Source: a virus (Duplodnaviria; Caudoviricetes). Taken from it: a stretch of 64,000 nt of DNA. The stretch is taken from IMG/VR virus record IMGVR_UViG_3300033075_000403, positions 1-64,000 of that record; one strand, given 5' to 3'. The position numbers and the translations under genes were made by a program. Positions 54,496 through 63,689 of the stretch are shown here, in pieces; position 1 is the first letter of the stretch; each line of letters begins with the position of its first letter. The notes beneath the pieces are model-generated. The model was not told where the DNA came from. It saw only the letters and a program-made list of their open reading frames with translations, and ran no database searches.

Positions 54496-55530
54496 ATGTC
54501 GAAACGAGTCCGAGACAGGTACAACCACAGGAAGGACGCACGCTTGAAGGTTGCTTCGATTGTGTACGCCACCGACCAGGGGTTGGGGTATCTGGCGAAG
54601 TCGTTCTGGGATGCGGGAATCCTATCGGAAGTCCTGATCGTCAAGCACCAGCACCGTCCTACGCACCAGGAATGGTTCCCCGGTCAGACGATGGTGAACT
54701 GGTCGAGTCAGATGCCGAAACAGGCACGAGGTCTGGTACAGCGGTGTGACGCTCTCCTGTTCTTCGAGACTCCGTTTTGGTGGGACATCATCCCCTTCGC
54801 GCGAGAGCAGGGGAAGAAGACATTTCTTTGTCCGATGCACGAATGCGAACCGAAAGTCCTCCCTTACGTCCCTGACCGATACATCAACCCGTCCCTGCTC
54901 GACCAGAGGTGCTACCCGGACAACTCGGTGTTCATCCCGGTTCCGGTGGAGGATCTGTTCATCAACCAGTGGCGGCAGAGGATGAGGGCGTACACGTTCG
55001 TCCACAACGCGGGACATGGGGGGCTGAAGGGGAGAAACGGGACACGGGAGTTGATCGAGGCGATGCAGTACGTCAAGGCCGACATCGAGCTGGTGATTCG
55101 TTCACAGAAGCCTCTGGAAGGGATACCGAATGATCCTCGGATCAAGGTGAAGGTGGGGACTGTGCCACGCGAGCAACTTTACAGCGAGGGTGACGTGTTC
55201 ATCTTCCCAGAGAAGTTCAACGGACTCTCCCTTCCTCTACAAGAAGCCTGCGCATCGGGGATGCTGGTGATGGCGACGGATCGTTTTCCGATGAACCAGT
55301 GGTTGCCCACGGAACCGCTGATCCCGGTGAAGAAGTCGGTGCAGAACGAAGTATCGGGTAGGTGTCGGACGTTCCTCGAAGCGGTGATCGACCCGGTGGA
55401 CATCGCGGCGAAGATTGACGAGTTCTCGACACTTGAGATTGGACACTGGAGTGGTAAGGGGTACGATTACGGCCAGCAGAACTCATGGGATGTTCTCAGG
55501 CCAAGGTATCTTGAGGAGTTGTCCAGGTGA
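54496..55530 (+). CDS. GT-B glycosyltransferase (GT4)
   Basis: DVFIFPEKFNGLSLPLQEACASGMLVMATD. Confidence 0.9.
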   Translation: MSKRVRDRYNHRKDARLKVASIVYATDQGLGYLAKSFWDAGILSEVLIVKHQHRPTHQEWFPGQTMVNWSSQMPKQARGLVQRCDALLFFETPFWWDIIPFAREQGKKTFLCPMHECEPKVLPYVPDRYINPSLLDQRCYPDNSVFIPVPVEDLFINQWRQRMRAYTFVHNAGHGGLKGRNGTRELIEAMQYVKADIELVIRSQKPLEGIPNDPRIKVKVGTVPREQLYSEGDVFIFPEKFNGLSLPLQEACASGMLVMATDRFPMNQWLPTEPLIPVKKSVQNEVSGRCRTFLEAVIDPVDIAAKIDEFSTLEIGHWSGKGYDYGQQNSWDVLRPRYLEELSR

Positions 55531-56438
55531 GGAAGCACCGTGTCCTGTACGTGGCCAACCACAACCAGAAGTCGAGCAACGACGATGAAGGGGCGATCAC
55601 CTACGCCCTTCGTCAACTGGGTCATGAGGTTATCACGGAACCGGAGAAGACGAGTTTACCACGGATCGCTCAACTCTCGAAGGATTGCGACTTCCTCCTG
55701 TTCCACAAGTGGCAGGACACCCACTCGATGGCCGCTTCTCGGTGTCCCAACGTGATGTGGTACTTCGATCTGGTGGACTTCCCTGACCCCGGTTTGCGTC
55801 GTCGCTGTGTGGACCGCATTCGCTGGATGTTGAAAGTGCTTCCTCACGTCGCATTGGGATTCGCCACGGATGGGGACTGGGTTCGGAGAAACACCAAGAA
55901 GTTGCGGTGGCTACCCCAGGGCGCTGATGAGCGAATGCTGGCCGACCCTACGAAGATTCGATTCCCAGATCAACCGAAGATTCTGCTGGCGGCGTCGAGT
56001 AGGGGTGGGGAGAAGCGTGACTCGTTCATCGAGCACATGCGGACGTGGCACGCGGATCGTCTGGTGTACGTTCCACAGGGGGTATACCGAGAGAAGATGC
56101 GTGACCTCGTGGCTCAGTGTGGTGTGGTGGTCTGCCCTGACGGTCCTGTGACTTCGAGGTACTGGTCCAACCGCGTGTACAATATGACCGGGTTTGGTGG
56201 GTTAGTGTTCCATCCTCGGTGCGAGCGGTTGAACGATCACTTCGACGATGACGAAGTGTTGTCCTACACCAGTCGGGAAGAACTGGATGAGTTTCTCAAG
56301 TACCCTTTCGACTCGATGTGGTATCAAGACAACATGCAGTTGATGAAGTGTGGTTTGTTGCGCACCATTGAGTGTCACACCTACCGCCACCGCGTCATGG
56401 AGATGCTGTCCTGTCTTGAGATAGAGGGAATCGTATGA
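55527..56438 (+). CDS. Glycosyltransferase, CgeB/YkvP-like (Glyco_trans_1_2)
   Basis: WYFD; WLPQGAD; YWSNRVYNMTGFGG; HTYRHR. Confidence 0.85.
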   Translation: MRKHRVLYVANHNQKSSNDDEGAITYALRQLGHEVITEPEKTSLPRIAQLSKDCDFLLFHKWQDTHSMAASRCPNVMWYFDLVDFPDPGLRRRCVDRIRWMLKVLPHVALGFATDGDWVRRNTKKLRWLPQGADERMLADPTKIRFPDQPKILLAASSRGGEKRDSFIEHMRTWHADRLVYVPQGVYREKMRDLVAQCGVVVCPDGPVTSRYWSNRVYNMTGFGGLVFHPRCERLNDHFDDDEVLSYTSREELDEFLKYPFDSMWYQDNMQLMKCGLLRTIECHTYRHRVMEMLSCLEIEGIV

Positions 56439-56689
56439 TGTACAAGATTAAACCTCTCAAGTGGCTGCACAACACGCCTCCGAGTGGGCCGGAGTGGTGG
56501 ACCACATTCGGACTGGGCGGAGAGGGCAACGGGTCGGAGATGGGGACCATCGAGGTGTACCTCAGCAACTACGGTGGGTGGAAGATCACGGGAAGCAGCG
56601 AGAAGTTCGAGAACGCGGAAGACGCTAAGGAGGTCGTGGAGGATAACCACACCCGCTTGCTGCGTCTGTTCCTGGAGGAGACGCCCTGA
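56435..56689 (+). CDS. Hypothetical protein of the Y.IKPL.W paralogue family
   Basis: YKIKPLKW...FENAEDAKEVVEDNHTRLLRLFL. Confidence 0.65.
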   Translation: MMYKIKPLKWLHNTPPSGPEWWTTFGLGGEGNGSEMGTIEVYLSNYGGWKITGSSEKFENAEDAKEVVEDNHTRLLRLFLEETP

Positions 56690-57171
56690 TGGAGCCGATC
56701 CTTGATCCCGCTTATTGGAAGGAACGACTGGATACCGCAGCCCAGTTACACCACGCCATCATGAAATGTCCGCTGGAGAAGTGGCAGAGGATCGAGGCGA
56801 AGCACCGGGAGATTCTCAAGCGGGTGGTGCAGCCGGACGACCGTGTACTGGATGCGGGGGCAGGTTACGGACGCCTGCTCACGCTGATGCCGGATCATTG
56901 GAGGGGTCCGTATCATGGGGTAGACCTGTCCCCTGACTTCATCGCCAAAGCAAAGGCGGATTACCCGGAGCGGGACTTCCGTGTTGGGTCGATCATGGAT
57001 CGCATCGACGTGCCCCCGTGCGACCTGGCCGTGCTGATCTCGATTCGGCCAATGATCGTTCGTAATCTGAGCCAAGAGGCGTGGGAGATGGCGGAAGTCA
57101 ACCTGCAGCTGGTGGCGAAACGCCTGCTGTTTCTAGAATATGATGAGACATCCGAAGGGGAGATTTCGTGA
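56689..57171 (+). CDS. Class I SAM methyltransferase
   Basis: VLDAGAGYGRL; YHGVDLSPDFI. Confidence 0.85.
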   Translation: MEPILDPAYWKERLDTAAQLHHAIMKCPLEKWQRIEAKHREILKRVVQPDDRVLDAGAGYGRLLTLMPDHWRGPYHGVDLSPDFIAKAKADYPERDFRVGSIMDRIDVPPCDLAVLISIRPMIVRNLSQEAWEMAEVNLQLVAKRLLFLEYDETSEGEIS

Positions 57172-58151
57172 TGCGTGAAGTTAGGAACTGCGTGGTGGCC
57201 GTCACGGGGGCGGCAGGGTTTATGGCCCACCACTTGCTGAAGCACCTCATCGACGACCGGGGGTGCGAGGTGGTGGCCATCGACAACCTCTGCGCGGGTA
57301 GGCGTGACTTCGTTCACAAGAAGGCCAATTTCGTACATCATGATCTCCTCGGAAGTGAGGACAGGCTTCGCAACATCTTCGAGAAGAACAAGGTGAAGTA
57401 CGTCTTCGCCCTCGCAGCTCATCCCTACGTTCCTGACAGCTACGTTCGTCCGATCTACGTTTTCGAGACGAACGCCACCGCCGCCCTTCGCACGATGAAT
57501 GCCGCCCAGGAAGCGGGGGTGGAGGCGATCCTCCAAGTGTCGAGCGCCGAGATTTATGGGGAGGGGGCAGTCCACGACCGACCAATGGATGAAGACGCGC
57601 TGGTCAAGCCCCACTCGACGTACTCCGCAGCGAAGGCCGCCATCGACTTCATTGTGCAGGTACGGTGGAGGGAGGCGAAGACACCAGCCATCGCCCTGCG
57701 GCAATTCAACGTGTTGGGGGAACTCGATCTGCTCCATCCATACGTGGTGCCGGAAATTGTGCGCCAGTTGATTCCGCAAGACTCGAATTTACATGCCACG
57801 GTTCGTCTCGGCAACAACTCACAGCGTGACTTCCTCTACGTCGGTGATGCAGTGGAAGCAATGGTACTACTGCTGGAGAAGGGGAAGTTCGGAGAGGTGT
57901 ACAACAGCGGCAGCGGGGAGTCCGTGTACATCTACGATCTCGCCAAGCAGATCGGTGACATCATGAGGTTTCCACACGTCGAAGTCGTGCCGGATGATGC
58001 ACGCCGACGAAAGTGGGAGTTGTGGTCTTTGCGAGGTGATTTCGCCAAGTTGAATAACGCAACGGGATGGTTTCCGAAGGTTCCCTTCCAGGAAGCCCTG
58101 CGTCGAACGGTTGAATCCATCATCGAGAACCAGGATAAGTTCGCATGGTAG
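57168..58151 (+). CDS. NDP-sugar 4,6-dehydratase / NAD-dependent epimerase (RmlB/Gmd-like SDR)
   Basis: VTGAAGFMA; SSAEIYG; YSAAK (YxxxK); RDFLYVGD; GEVYN. Confidence 0.92.
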   Translation: MMREVRNCVVAVTGAAGFMAHHLLKHLIDDRGCEVVAIDNLCAGRRDFVHKKANFVHHDLLGSEDRLRNIFEKNKVKYVFALAAHPYVPDSYVRPIYVFETNATAALRTMNAAQEAGVEAILQVSSAEIYGEGAVHDRPMDEDALVKPHSTYSAAKAAIDFIVQVRWREAKTPAIALRQFNVLGELDLLHPYVVPEIVRQLIPQDSNLHATVRLGNNSQRDFLYVGDAVEAMVLLLEKGKFGEVYNSGSGESVYIYDLAKQIGDIMRFPHVEVVPDDARRRKWELWSLRGDFAKLNNATGWFPKVPFQEALRRTVESIIENQDKFAW

Positions 58152-59137
58152 AACCGCATGTGCAGCTGGAGCAAGCGTGGGGTGACTTCCTCCACATCAA
58201 GAACGTGGTGTCCTGCTCCAGTGGGTCGAGTGCCTTGCACCTGGCACTGGAGGCGTTGGACATACATCTGGCGTCCGAGGTTGTCACCGCCGACTACTCG
58301 ATGATCGCATGCCCCCGTGCAATCGTGATGGCGGGTCTGGTGCCGGCGTTCATGGACTGCAACGACGACCTGTTGATGCAGCTGGACGGCACGCAGAAGA
58401 TGGAGCGTAGTCGCACGCTGGCGGCGATTCTCGTCGTCCACGTCTACGGTCGCCGTGTGGACATGGATCTGGTTCACCGCATCGCGAAGAAGCGGGAGAT
58501 CCTGGTCATCGAGGACATGGCCGAACTGCACGGGGTGCCGCCTCACCCGCTGACGCACGCCGCTTGCTGGTCCTTTTACAAGAACAAGGTGGTGGGTGGG
58601 GAAGAAGGGGGTGCGGTGTCGTTTCGTGACCCGAAGCATGCCGAGCGCGCCCGCAGTCTGCGATGCCTGGGGTTTGGGTATGAGCATGACTACATGCACC
58701 TGCCGCGAGGGTGCAACTACCGCATGTCGTCGGCACACGCCAACCTGATCCTCAAGAGTCTGGACCAGTACGAGAACAACCTTGCTACCCGAAGGCTCAT
58801 GGAGAAGTGGTATGACAGTCTTTGTCCGAAGCGGTGGGGAATGCCACCACGCCAGTCTCCGTGGGTGTACGATCTGCGGATTCCGGGGATGACGAAATCG
58901 GTGCAAGCAAAACTGGTGGAGAGTCTCAACGCCGATGGGATTCCGGCCAGACACGGGTTCAAACCGATGACCTGGCAGACGGAGTTCAAGAACTGTCGCC
59001 GTAACGACGGGGTGATGAAGTCGTGGGAGCGCGCTCATGAGATCATCTACCTTCCGCTGAATCCGGCGATGGGGAAGACCGAGTTCGACCGGGAGCAACT
59101 CGCTGTGCGAGCGTTCAACATCATCAAAGATGCTTGA
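58145..59137 (+). CDS. DegT/DnrJ/EryC1/StrS PLP sugar aminotransferase
   Basis: SSGSSALHLAL; VHVYG; IEDMAE; SFYKNK(PLP Lys)VVGGEEGG; NYRMS. Confidence 0.92.
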   Translation: MVEPHVQLEQAWGDFLHIKNVVSCSSGSSALHLALEALDIHLASEVVTADYSMIACPRAIVMAGLVPAFMDCNDDLLMQLDGTQKMERSRTLAAILVVHVYGRRVDMDLVHRIAKKREILVIEDMAELHGVPPHPLTHAACWSFYKNKVVGGEEGGAVSFRDPKHAERARSLRCLGFGYEHDYMHLPRGCNYRMSSAHANLILKSLDQYENNLATRRLMEKWYDSLCPKRWGMPPRQSPWVYDLRIPGMTKSVQAKLVESLNADGIPARHGFKPMTWQTEFKNCRRNDGVMKSWERAHEIIYLPLNPAMGKTEFDREQLAVRAFNIIKDA

Positions 59138-59197
59138 CGAGGAGTGTAGGATAATGACAGGGAAACTTTTCCTGTCATTTCTTTTTGGAGGATCGTC

Positions 59198-59497
59198 ATG
59201 CACAAGGAACGAAACAAGAAGGTGTTCACCGCTTTGGCTGTCGCTGTCCTGCCTTTGGTGGCGTGGTTTCAGTTCGACTACGCGGGAAGGACGAACGTGG
59301 AAGAACGGGGAACTGCGACGATGGCCGTGGCGAGGTCGATGGGACTGGCTGCCCCTGTTTGTCCTGAACGATTGAGCGAAGAAACGATTCGTGCTGCGGA
59401 GAAGTGTCTGGCTGATGCGGAAGAAATGGACAGGCCCCGCCGTGATGGTGAGGCCCGTCTTGAGATGTTGGCTGCTTACACTCCCTTGGTGGACTAG
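59198..59497 (+). CDS. Small membrane-anchored protein
   Basis: N-terminal TM; GGAGGA SD. Confidence 0.55.
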   Translation: MHKERNKKVFTALAVAVLPLVAWFQFDYAGRTNVEERGTATMAVARSMGLAAPVCPERLSEETIRAAEKCLADAEEMDRPRRDGEARLEMLAAYTPLVD

Positions 59498-59510
59498 AAG
59501 GGTCGTGTGG

Positions 59511-59903
59511 TCACTTGCCGAGGGCGTCTCTTATGAGTTCCAGGGACGTTTTCTTCTTGAACAGGATACCGGACTTGCGGAGAGCGTCACGAGTCGTTTC
59601 CCCGCTCTGGATCATCTCTCCGATTGTGTCCCAGCACGCTTGACACAACTGTCCGTCTGGATTCACCACGGGTACTCCACCGCACTTTGGGACGTGGCAC
59701 CGTGCGGATTTTACAGTCTTGGCGTTCCGTTGTCCTCGACGACGGCCACGTTTGGTCGGCGGAACCGCAAGCCCGGCACTTTCAAGAAGTCCCCACGTTG
59801 TTTCACCCCTCTTGATGCACTTTCTGTAGAACTGGTAACAGTTCATACAGCAACCACGACTAACTAATCTTTGGGTTCTTGCGCATCGGATGCATCCTTT
59901 TTC
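59511..59903 (-). CDS. Tandem two-Zn-finger domain without its own start; probable frameshift extension of 59864..60325
   Basis: CIRC...CCMNCY...RGETTW..LE..GL and CHVPKC...LCQACW...SGETTRDAL..GIL are a duplicated unit. Confidence 0.6.
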   Translation of the reverse strand, partial: EKGCIRCARTQRLVSRGCCMNCYQFYRKCIKRGETTWGLLESAGLAVPPTKRGRRRGQRNAKTVKSARCHVPKCGGVPVVNPDGQLCQACWDTIGEMIQSGETTRDALRKSGILFKKKTSLELIRDALGK

Positions 59904-60325
59904 TTGGCGCGTTCCCTCCGTTTGCTCTCCCTCGCATGCCTGCGATCCCTCTCCTGTTTGCACTCCTGATGGTAGAGTTGACTCCCGTGTGTCCACACAA
60001 AGGGTTTGTTGCACTCCCGGCAAATCCTCGGTGGGATTACCTCCATCTCGATGTCCTTGGCTCGCTGGGATTTCTTCTCCTCCATCACACGGGCGAGTTC
60101 CTGTTTGCGACACTCCCGATGGAACGGTTTCACTCCGAAGGCTGATCCCACCTTGATGGGGTTTGCGCAGTAAAAGCACACTCTCTGCGGCACCTTGATG
60201 GTTGCCATCTCCGAGGAGAGATCCCGTGTGATTGCATGACAGCGTAGGCACAGGCCCTCCGGGTCCATGCTGCTCTTGAGAAACCTCTTGTGGCATCGTT
60301 GGCATTCTGGCATTCCGCCCGTCAT
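59864..60325 (-). CDS. Multi-Zn-finger protein
   Basis: CQRC/CLRC, CFYC/HREC, CREC/HQEC. Confidence 0.75.
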   Translation of the reverse strand: MTGGMPECQRCHKRFLKSSMDPEGLCLRCHAITRDLSSEMATIKVPQRVCFYCANPIKVGSAFGVKPFHRECRKQELARVMEEKKSQRAKDIEMEVIPPRICRECNKPFVWTHGSQLYHQECKQERDRRHARESKRRERAKKKDASDAQEPKD

Positions 60326-60369
60326 GGTCAGCTTTCATAATGCTCCGTCCTTTGATGGGGTGGTGATGT

Positions 60370-61467
60370 TTAAGATTCGGTCGTTTCATCGGGGGCGTAG
60401 TCGATCCCTCCGACCATCGGGTACTCGTCAAGGCGGGATACACCATTGGAGTCCTGGTAGTAGGAGAGGGCCAGGTCGGAGTCGGTAAAACCACTCTGTA
60501 CCAGTGAGACGTTCCACGCCTTGACGATAAGTGCGATTCGTTCCTGAAGCGACGTGTCGCAGTGGGTGGAGAGCATGGACCGCAGCGGGGTGTCCGAGGC
60601 GAGGGCTGCCCAGAACGTCATCGCCTTGTCCCACATGGAGAAGTCGATACGGCGCTCGGACGGATTCTTGCGGTAGCGATCTCCGTCTGTTTCGGATGAC
60701 GCCATGAGATAGAACAGGGCGGACGCCACGCCCATGTTGACGAGGGGGGTGATCGCACCGTCGTGGTGGAGTTCGAGAATCTTGAGAACCGCCTTCTTCA
60801 GCTTGTCGTGGCGGGCAAGCCACTCCGCAGCCTCCGAGTGGGTGAGTTTGGAATCTCGTTCGTCGTATTTCCTACCGATCCGTTTCCACAGCACGCGGAT
60901 GGCGGTGGAGAGAATGCGGGAAAGGCGTGCCCGTTCCTTGGGGGATCGCTTGCCGAAGAAGTCGGGAGACGTGTGCAGTACGTCGGCGAAGGTGCGGGCC
61001 TTCACGTTGTCGAAGGTGCGGATGACTTCCGGGGTTTCCTTCACCCCGTAGGCGATGCTGCACTCGTAGACCGGCTCCGTCTCCCATTCGGAAGACCACG
61101 CTTCGGGATCGGCGCGCCATTCCTCCACGGCGAGGATGTAACCCGCCAGTCGGTGCTGGCCGGACAGGACGTTGCCGTACTCACCGATGACCACGTTTTC
61201 CAGGTTGAGCTTCCACATCCGGTTGAGGTGGTCTTGCTTGCAGCGGAGAGCGTGTGCGGTGGAGAACGGTCGGTTGAATGCGTTGCGGGAGAATCGGACA
61301 GGTTGGCCGTCGTGATTCTTGATGGAGGTTTCCGCGTCCTTCTTCTCCTGTACTTCCCAGCCGAGGATCTCCACGGCTTCGTCGTAGGTCAGGGCGGTAT
61401 CCCCTTGACGGATGACGACTTCAAGTTGGGAGTACAGGGGTTTGCGTTGCTCACTGATTCGAGGCAT
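60370..61467 (-). CDS. ParB/DGQHR-like domain protein
   Basis: NRPFS...W.LN.E.VV....G.VLSGQHRL...D....RTFADVL. Confidence 0.65.
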   Translation of the reverse strand: MPRISEQRKPLYSQLEVVIRQGDTALTYDEAVEILGWEVQEKKDAETSIKNHDGQPVRFSRNAFNRPFSTAHALRCKQDHLNRMWKLNLENVVIGEYGNVLSGQHRLAGYILAVEEWRADPEAWSSEWETEPVYECSIAYGVKETPEVIRTFDNVKARTFADVLHTSPDFFGKRSPKERARLSRILSTAIRVLWKRIGRKYDERDSKLTHSEAAEWLARHDKLKKAVLKILELHHDGAITPLVNMGVASALFYLMASSETDGDRYRKNPSERRIDFSMWDKAMTFWAALASDTPLRSMLSTHCDTSLQERIALIVKAWNVSLVQSGFTDSDLALSYYQDSNGVSRLDEYPMVGGIDYAPDETTES

Positions 61468-61487
61468 GGGTCGGGTTGCTCCTTGTG

Positions 61488-61709
61488 CTAGGACGTGTAA
61501 CGTCCACCTGTGAGACTGAAAATGTACGTTTTGGTAAGTGCGAAGGCTTGGTCTTCCGTGAACCCCTTCAGAATGAGTCCTTCATAGACTGACCTCACCG
61601 CTGCTGGGAGGATCTTGCCGAGGTGGGCAATGCGGTCGGACAAGTTCATGTTGGGTGTTTCGTCGTCCAAGTTAGTCTCCTTGTGTTGGTTGTGGTCTGC
61701 AAAAATCAC
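61488..61709 (-). CDS. Small hypothetical protein
   Basis: YEGLILKGFTEDQAFALT motif; ATGA overlap. Confidence 0.6.
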   Translation of the reverse strand: MIFADHNQHKETNLDDETPNMNLSDRIAHLGKILPAAVRSVYEGLILKGFTEDQAFALTKTYIFSLTGGRYTS

Positions 61710-62443
61710 TGGTCGGCGGTGTTGGTTAGGACGGTGCGAACGATGTACTCGATGCTGTAGCCGTCCTCGTCAGTTCCAATCGTCGAAAACTCCAGCACCT
61801 TTTCGCACGCCGCTCGCAGATCGTCCCGCTGTTTCCGCAGGGTGGCAATCATGGCCGCTTGCGACGCACGCACCAGGCAGGGCGTGCATTGCTTGGCGTC
61901 GGCCAATTCGAGCTTGCGGCGTTTTTCGGTCATGTTGGCCGTTGGATGGTCGGGAAACGCGCAGCCGCACGTCTCGCAACGCCACTCGCACGCACGGCGA
62001 AGCCGCTTCGCCTCGGCGACGAATGCCGCCGGGTCGTCGATGCCGGCCAGGGCGTTGACGCAGGCGACGATACGGGCCATGTTCGCCATGTCTTCGTCTT
62101 TTCCACTGGTTTGCCGATTTTCTGGTGGAACTGCAATCGCCATCGTTAGACCAGTGTCGCCGTTCGACAGGTTGTAAATCGTGCCGTAGCCCGGCTGGGA
62201 AAACCACGGTTCTTTGCTGTGCTTGCTCATCGTCCGTTCATTTTGTGTTGATTGTGGTTCAATCACCATCATATCTGCGATGAGACGGTGTTTCTCCGCT
62301 TCGCGCATGATGTCTTCTACGGTTGGGAAGTACCCGATGCACTTATCCCAGTGGCACGAGCAAGACAAATGGATTCCATCGTCATCTGTCGTGTAGGTGA
62401 TCTCAATGCGATGCTCCAATTTAGTCTCCTGTGTAAAATCCAC
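61706..62443 (-). CDS. Hypothetical protein (ANxARIVACVNA motif); possible internal start at 62230
   Basis: EPW...ANMARIVACVNALAGI; CETC...CTPC. Confidence 0.65.
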   Translation of the reverse strand: MDFTQETKLEHRIEITYTTDDDGIHLSCSCHWDKCIGYFPTVEDIMREAEKHRLIADMMVIEPQSTQNERTMSKHSKEPWFSQPGYGTIYNLSNGDTGLTMAIAVPPENRQTSGKDEDMANMARIVACVNALAGIDDPAAFVAEAKRLRRACEWRCETCGCAFPDHPTANMTEKRRKLELADAKQCTPCLVRASQAAMIATLRKQRDDLRAACEKVLEFSTIGTDEDGYSIEYIVRTVLTNTADQ

Positions 62444-62693
62444 CGAGGGTCATCACGCCGCCGCCAGGTCCGTCCGCTCGTTCTCCGACACGCATGGGCT
62501 TGCCAAGGGGACGTTGGGGATCACCCGCCAGCAGTTCCTCGTCCTTTACCGGGCCGATGGCGAGAGCGAGAAGGCGTTCCGCACGGTCGTACCAGTAGTT
62601 GGCCATAGTGATCTCGCCTTGCCTTCGACAAGCATCACCCGCTTCGGTGCAGGACTTGGCGATGCGGCGGATCTTTTCTGGGTTGTGACGCAT
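62421..62693 (-). CDS. Hypothetical protein
   Basis: AAGGAG SD; follows the promoter at 62733-62761. Confidence 0.6.
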   Translation of the reverse strand: MRHNPEKIRRIAKSCTEAGDACRRQGEITMANYWYDRAERLLALAIGPVKDEELLAGDPQRPLGKPMRVGERADGPGGGVMTLGGFYTGD

Positions 62694-62732
62694 GGTAGCT
62701 CCTTTTTGTAGAATCCTTGTGCACGCATAGTC

Positions 62733-62761
62733 ATCCTAGACACGCAATCGGCGAATGTCAA
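62733..62761 (-). promoter_or_regulatory. Early-type promoter
   Basis: TTGACA-TTCGCCGATTGCGTGTC(17)-TAGGAT. Confidence 0.8.
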
Positions 62762-62770
62762 GAGAAAAAC

Positions 62771-63247
62771 ATGAACCACACATACATCGGTGTCGATCCG
62801 GGGGCGTCGGGTGGAATTGCGTGGGTGAGACCGAACGGGGTTGCCGAGGCGATCACGATGCCAGGGTCGGAAGACGATCTCTGGGAGCTGATGCAGATGT
62901 TGAAGCAGTGGGGGCCGGCGAAGGGTGTGGTCGAGAAGGTGGGAGGGTTCATTCAGGGGAATCCAGCTCCCGGTAGCGCGATGTTCAACTTCGGGATGGG
63001 GTACGGTGCAGTGCGAATGGCGATGGTGGGGGCGGGAATCCCTTTCTGCGAGGTAACGCCGCAAGCGTGGCAGAAGTACCATCAAGTGGCGCGGCATCCC
63101 CAGGAGACAAAATCGTCGTGGAAAAACCGCCTGAAAACACTGGCGCAGTCGATCTACCCTGATCTGAAGGTGACGCTCCGAACAGCCGACGCCCTGCTTC
63201 TGGCGTTGTTTTTGCAAAAAATGGAATCTTCCCTGATTTCTTCTTGA
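62771..63247 (+). CDS. RuvC-like Holliday junction resolvase
   Basis: YIGVDPGASGGIA; VVEKV; FNFGMGYG; VTPQAWQK; ADALLLA. Confidence 0.85.
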   Translation: MNHTYIGVDPGASGGIAWVRPNGVAEAITMPGSEDDLWELMQMLKQWGPAKGVVEKVGGFIQGNPAPGSAMFNFGMGYGAVRMAMVGAGIPFCEVTPQAWQKYHQVARHPQETKSSWKNRLKTLAQSIYPDLKVTLRTADALLLALFLQKMESSLISS

Positions 63248-63272
63248 CTTTCATCGTCATCCGGCTTACCAT
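63244..63272 (+). promoter_or_regulatory. Sigma70-like promoter
   Basis: TTGACT-17-TACCAT. Confidence 0.65.
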
Positions 63273-63317
63273 TCCATTGTCCAAGGCAAATGGCACCAAT
63301 GCAAAGGAGTGGGAATC

Positions 63318-63689
63318 ATGTCAACGCACTACACACCGTCAACGCATACACTCTGGGATGAACTCCCCCACATTACGACGGGCAAGCCAACCATGAGCTA
63401 CGCCATCGTATCGCCTGGTCTGATCGCGTACCTTAACACCGTGACTGGTTTCTGGAACGTCGATCATCAGTTGACGCACCGGAGCATCCTGCTAGGTGTC
63501 AGGGAGAAGATTGCACGTCAGTTCTGTACCGAACTGGGTGCGGTTCTTTACCGTGAGCAGATACTTGATGTGGAATCCGCTGCGGAGTTCCGATCCATCG
63601 CTCCCCTGTGGCTTGACAAGTGGGTCAAGGAACAGCGGATGCGTCTTGAGTGGCTTGACCCTACTCCTTACATGACGGGGCATAAATAA
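63318..63689 (+). CDS. Hypothetical protein
   Basis: ORF after promoter; start 63309 or 63318. Confidence 0.6.
   Translation: MSTHYTPSTHTLWDELPHITTGKPTMSYAIVSPGLIAYLNTVTGFWNVDHQLTHRSILLGVREKIARQFCTELGAVLYREQILDVESAAEFRSIAPLWLDKWVKEQRMRLEWLDPTPYMTGHK

Noticed and set aside
59134-59155. Promoter TTGACG...GATAAT upstream of 59198
   Set aside because: Only 10 nt between the boxes, too short for sigma70
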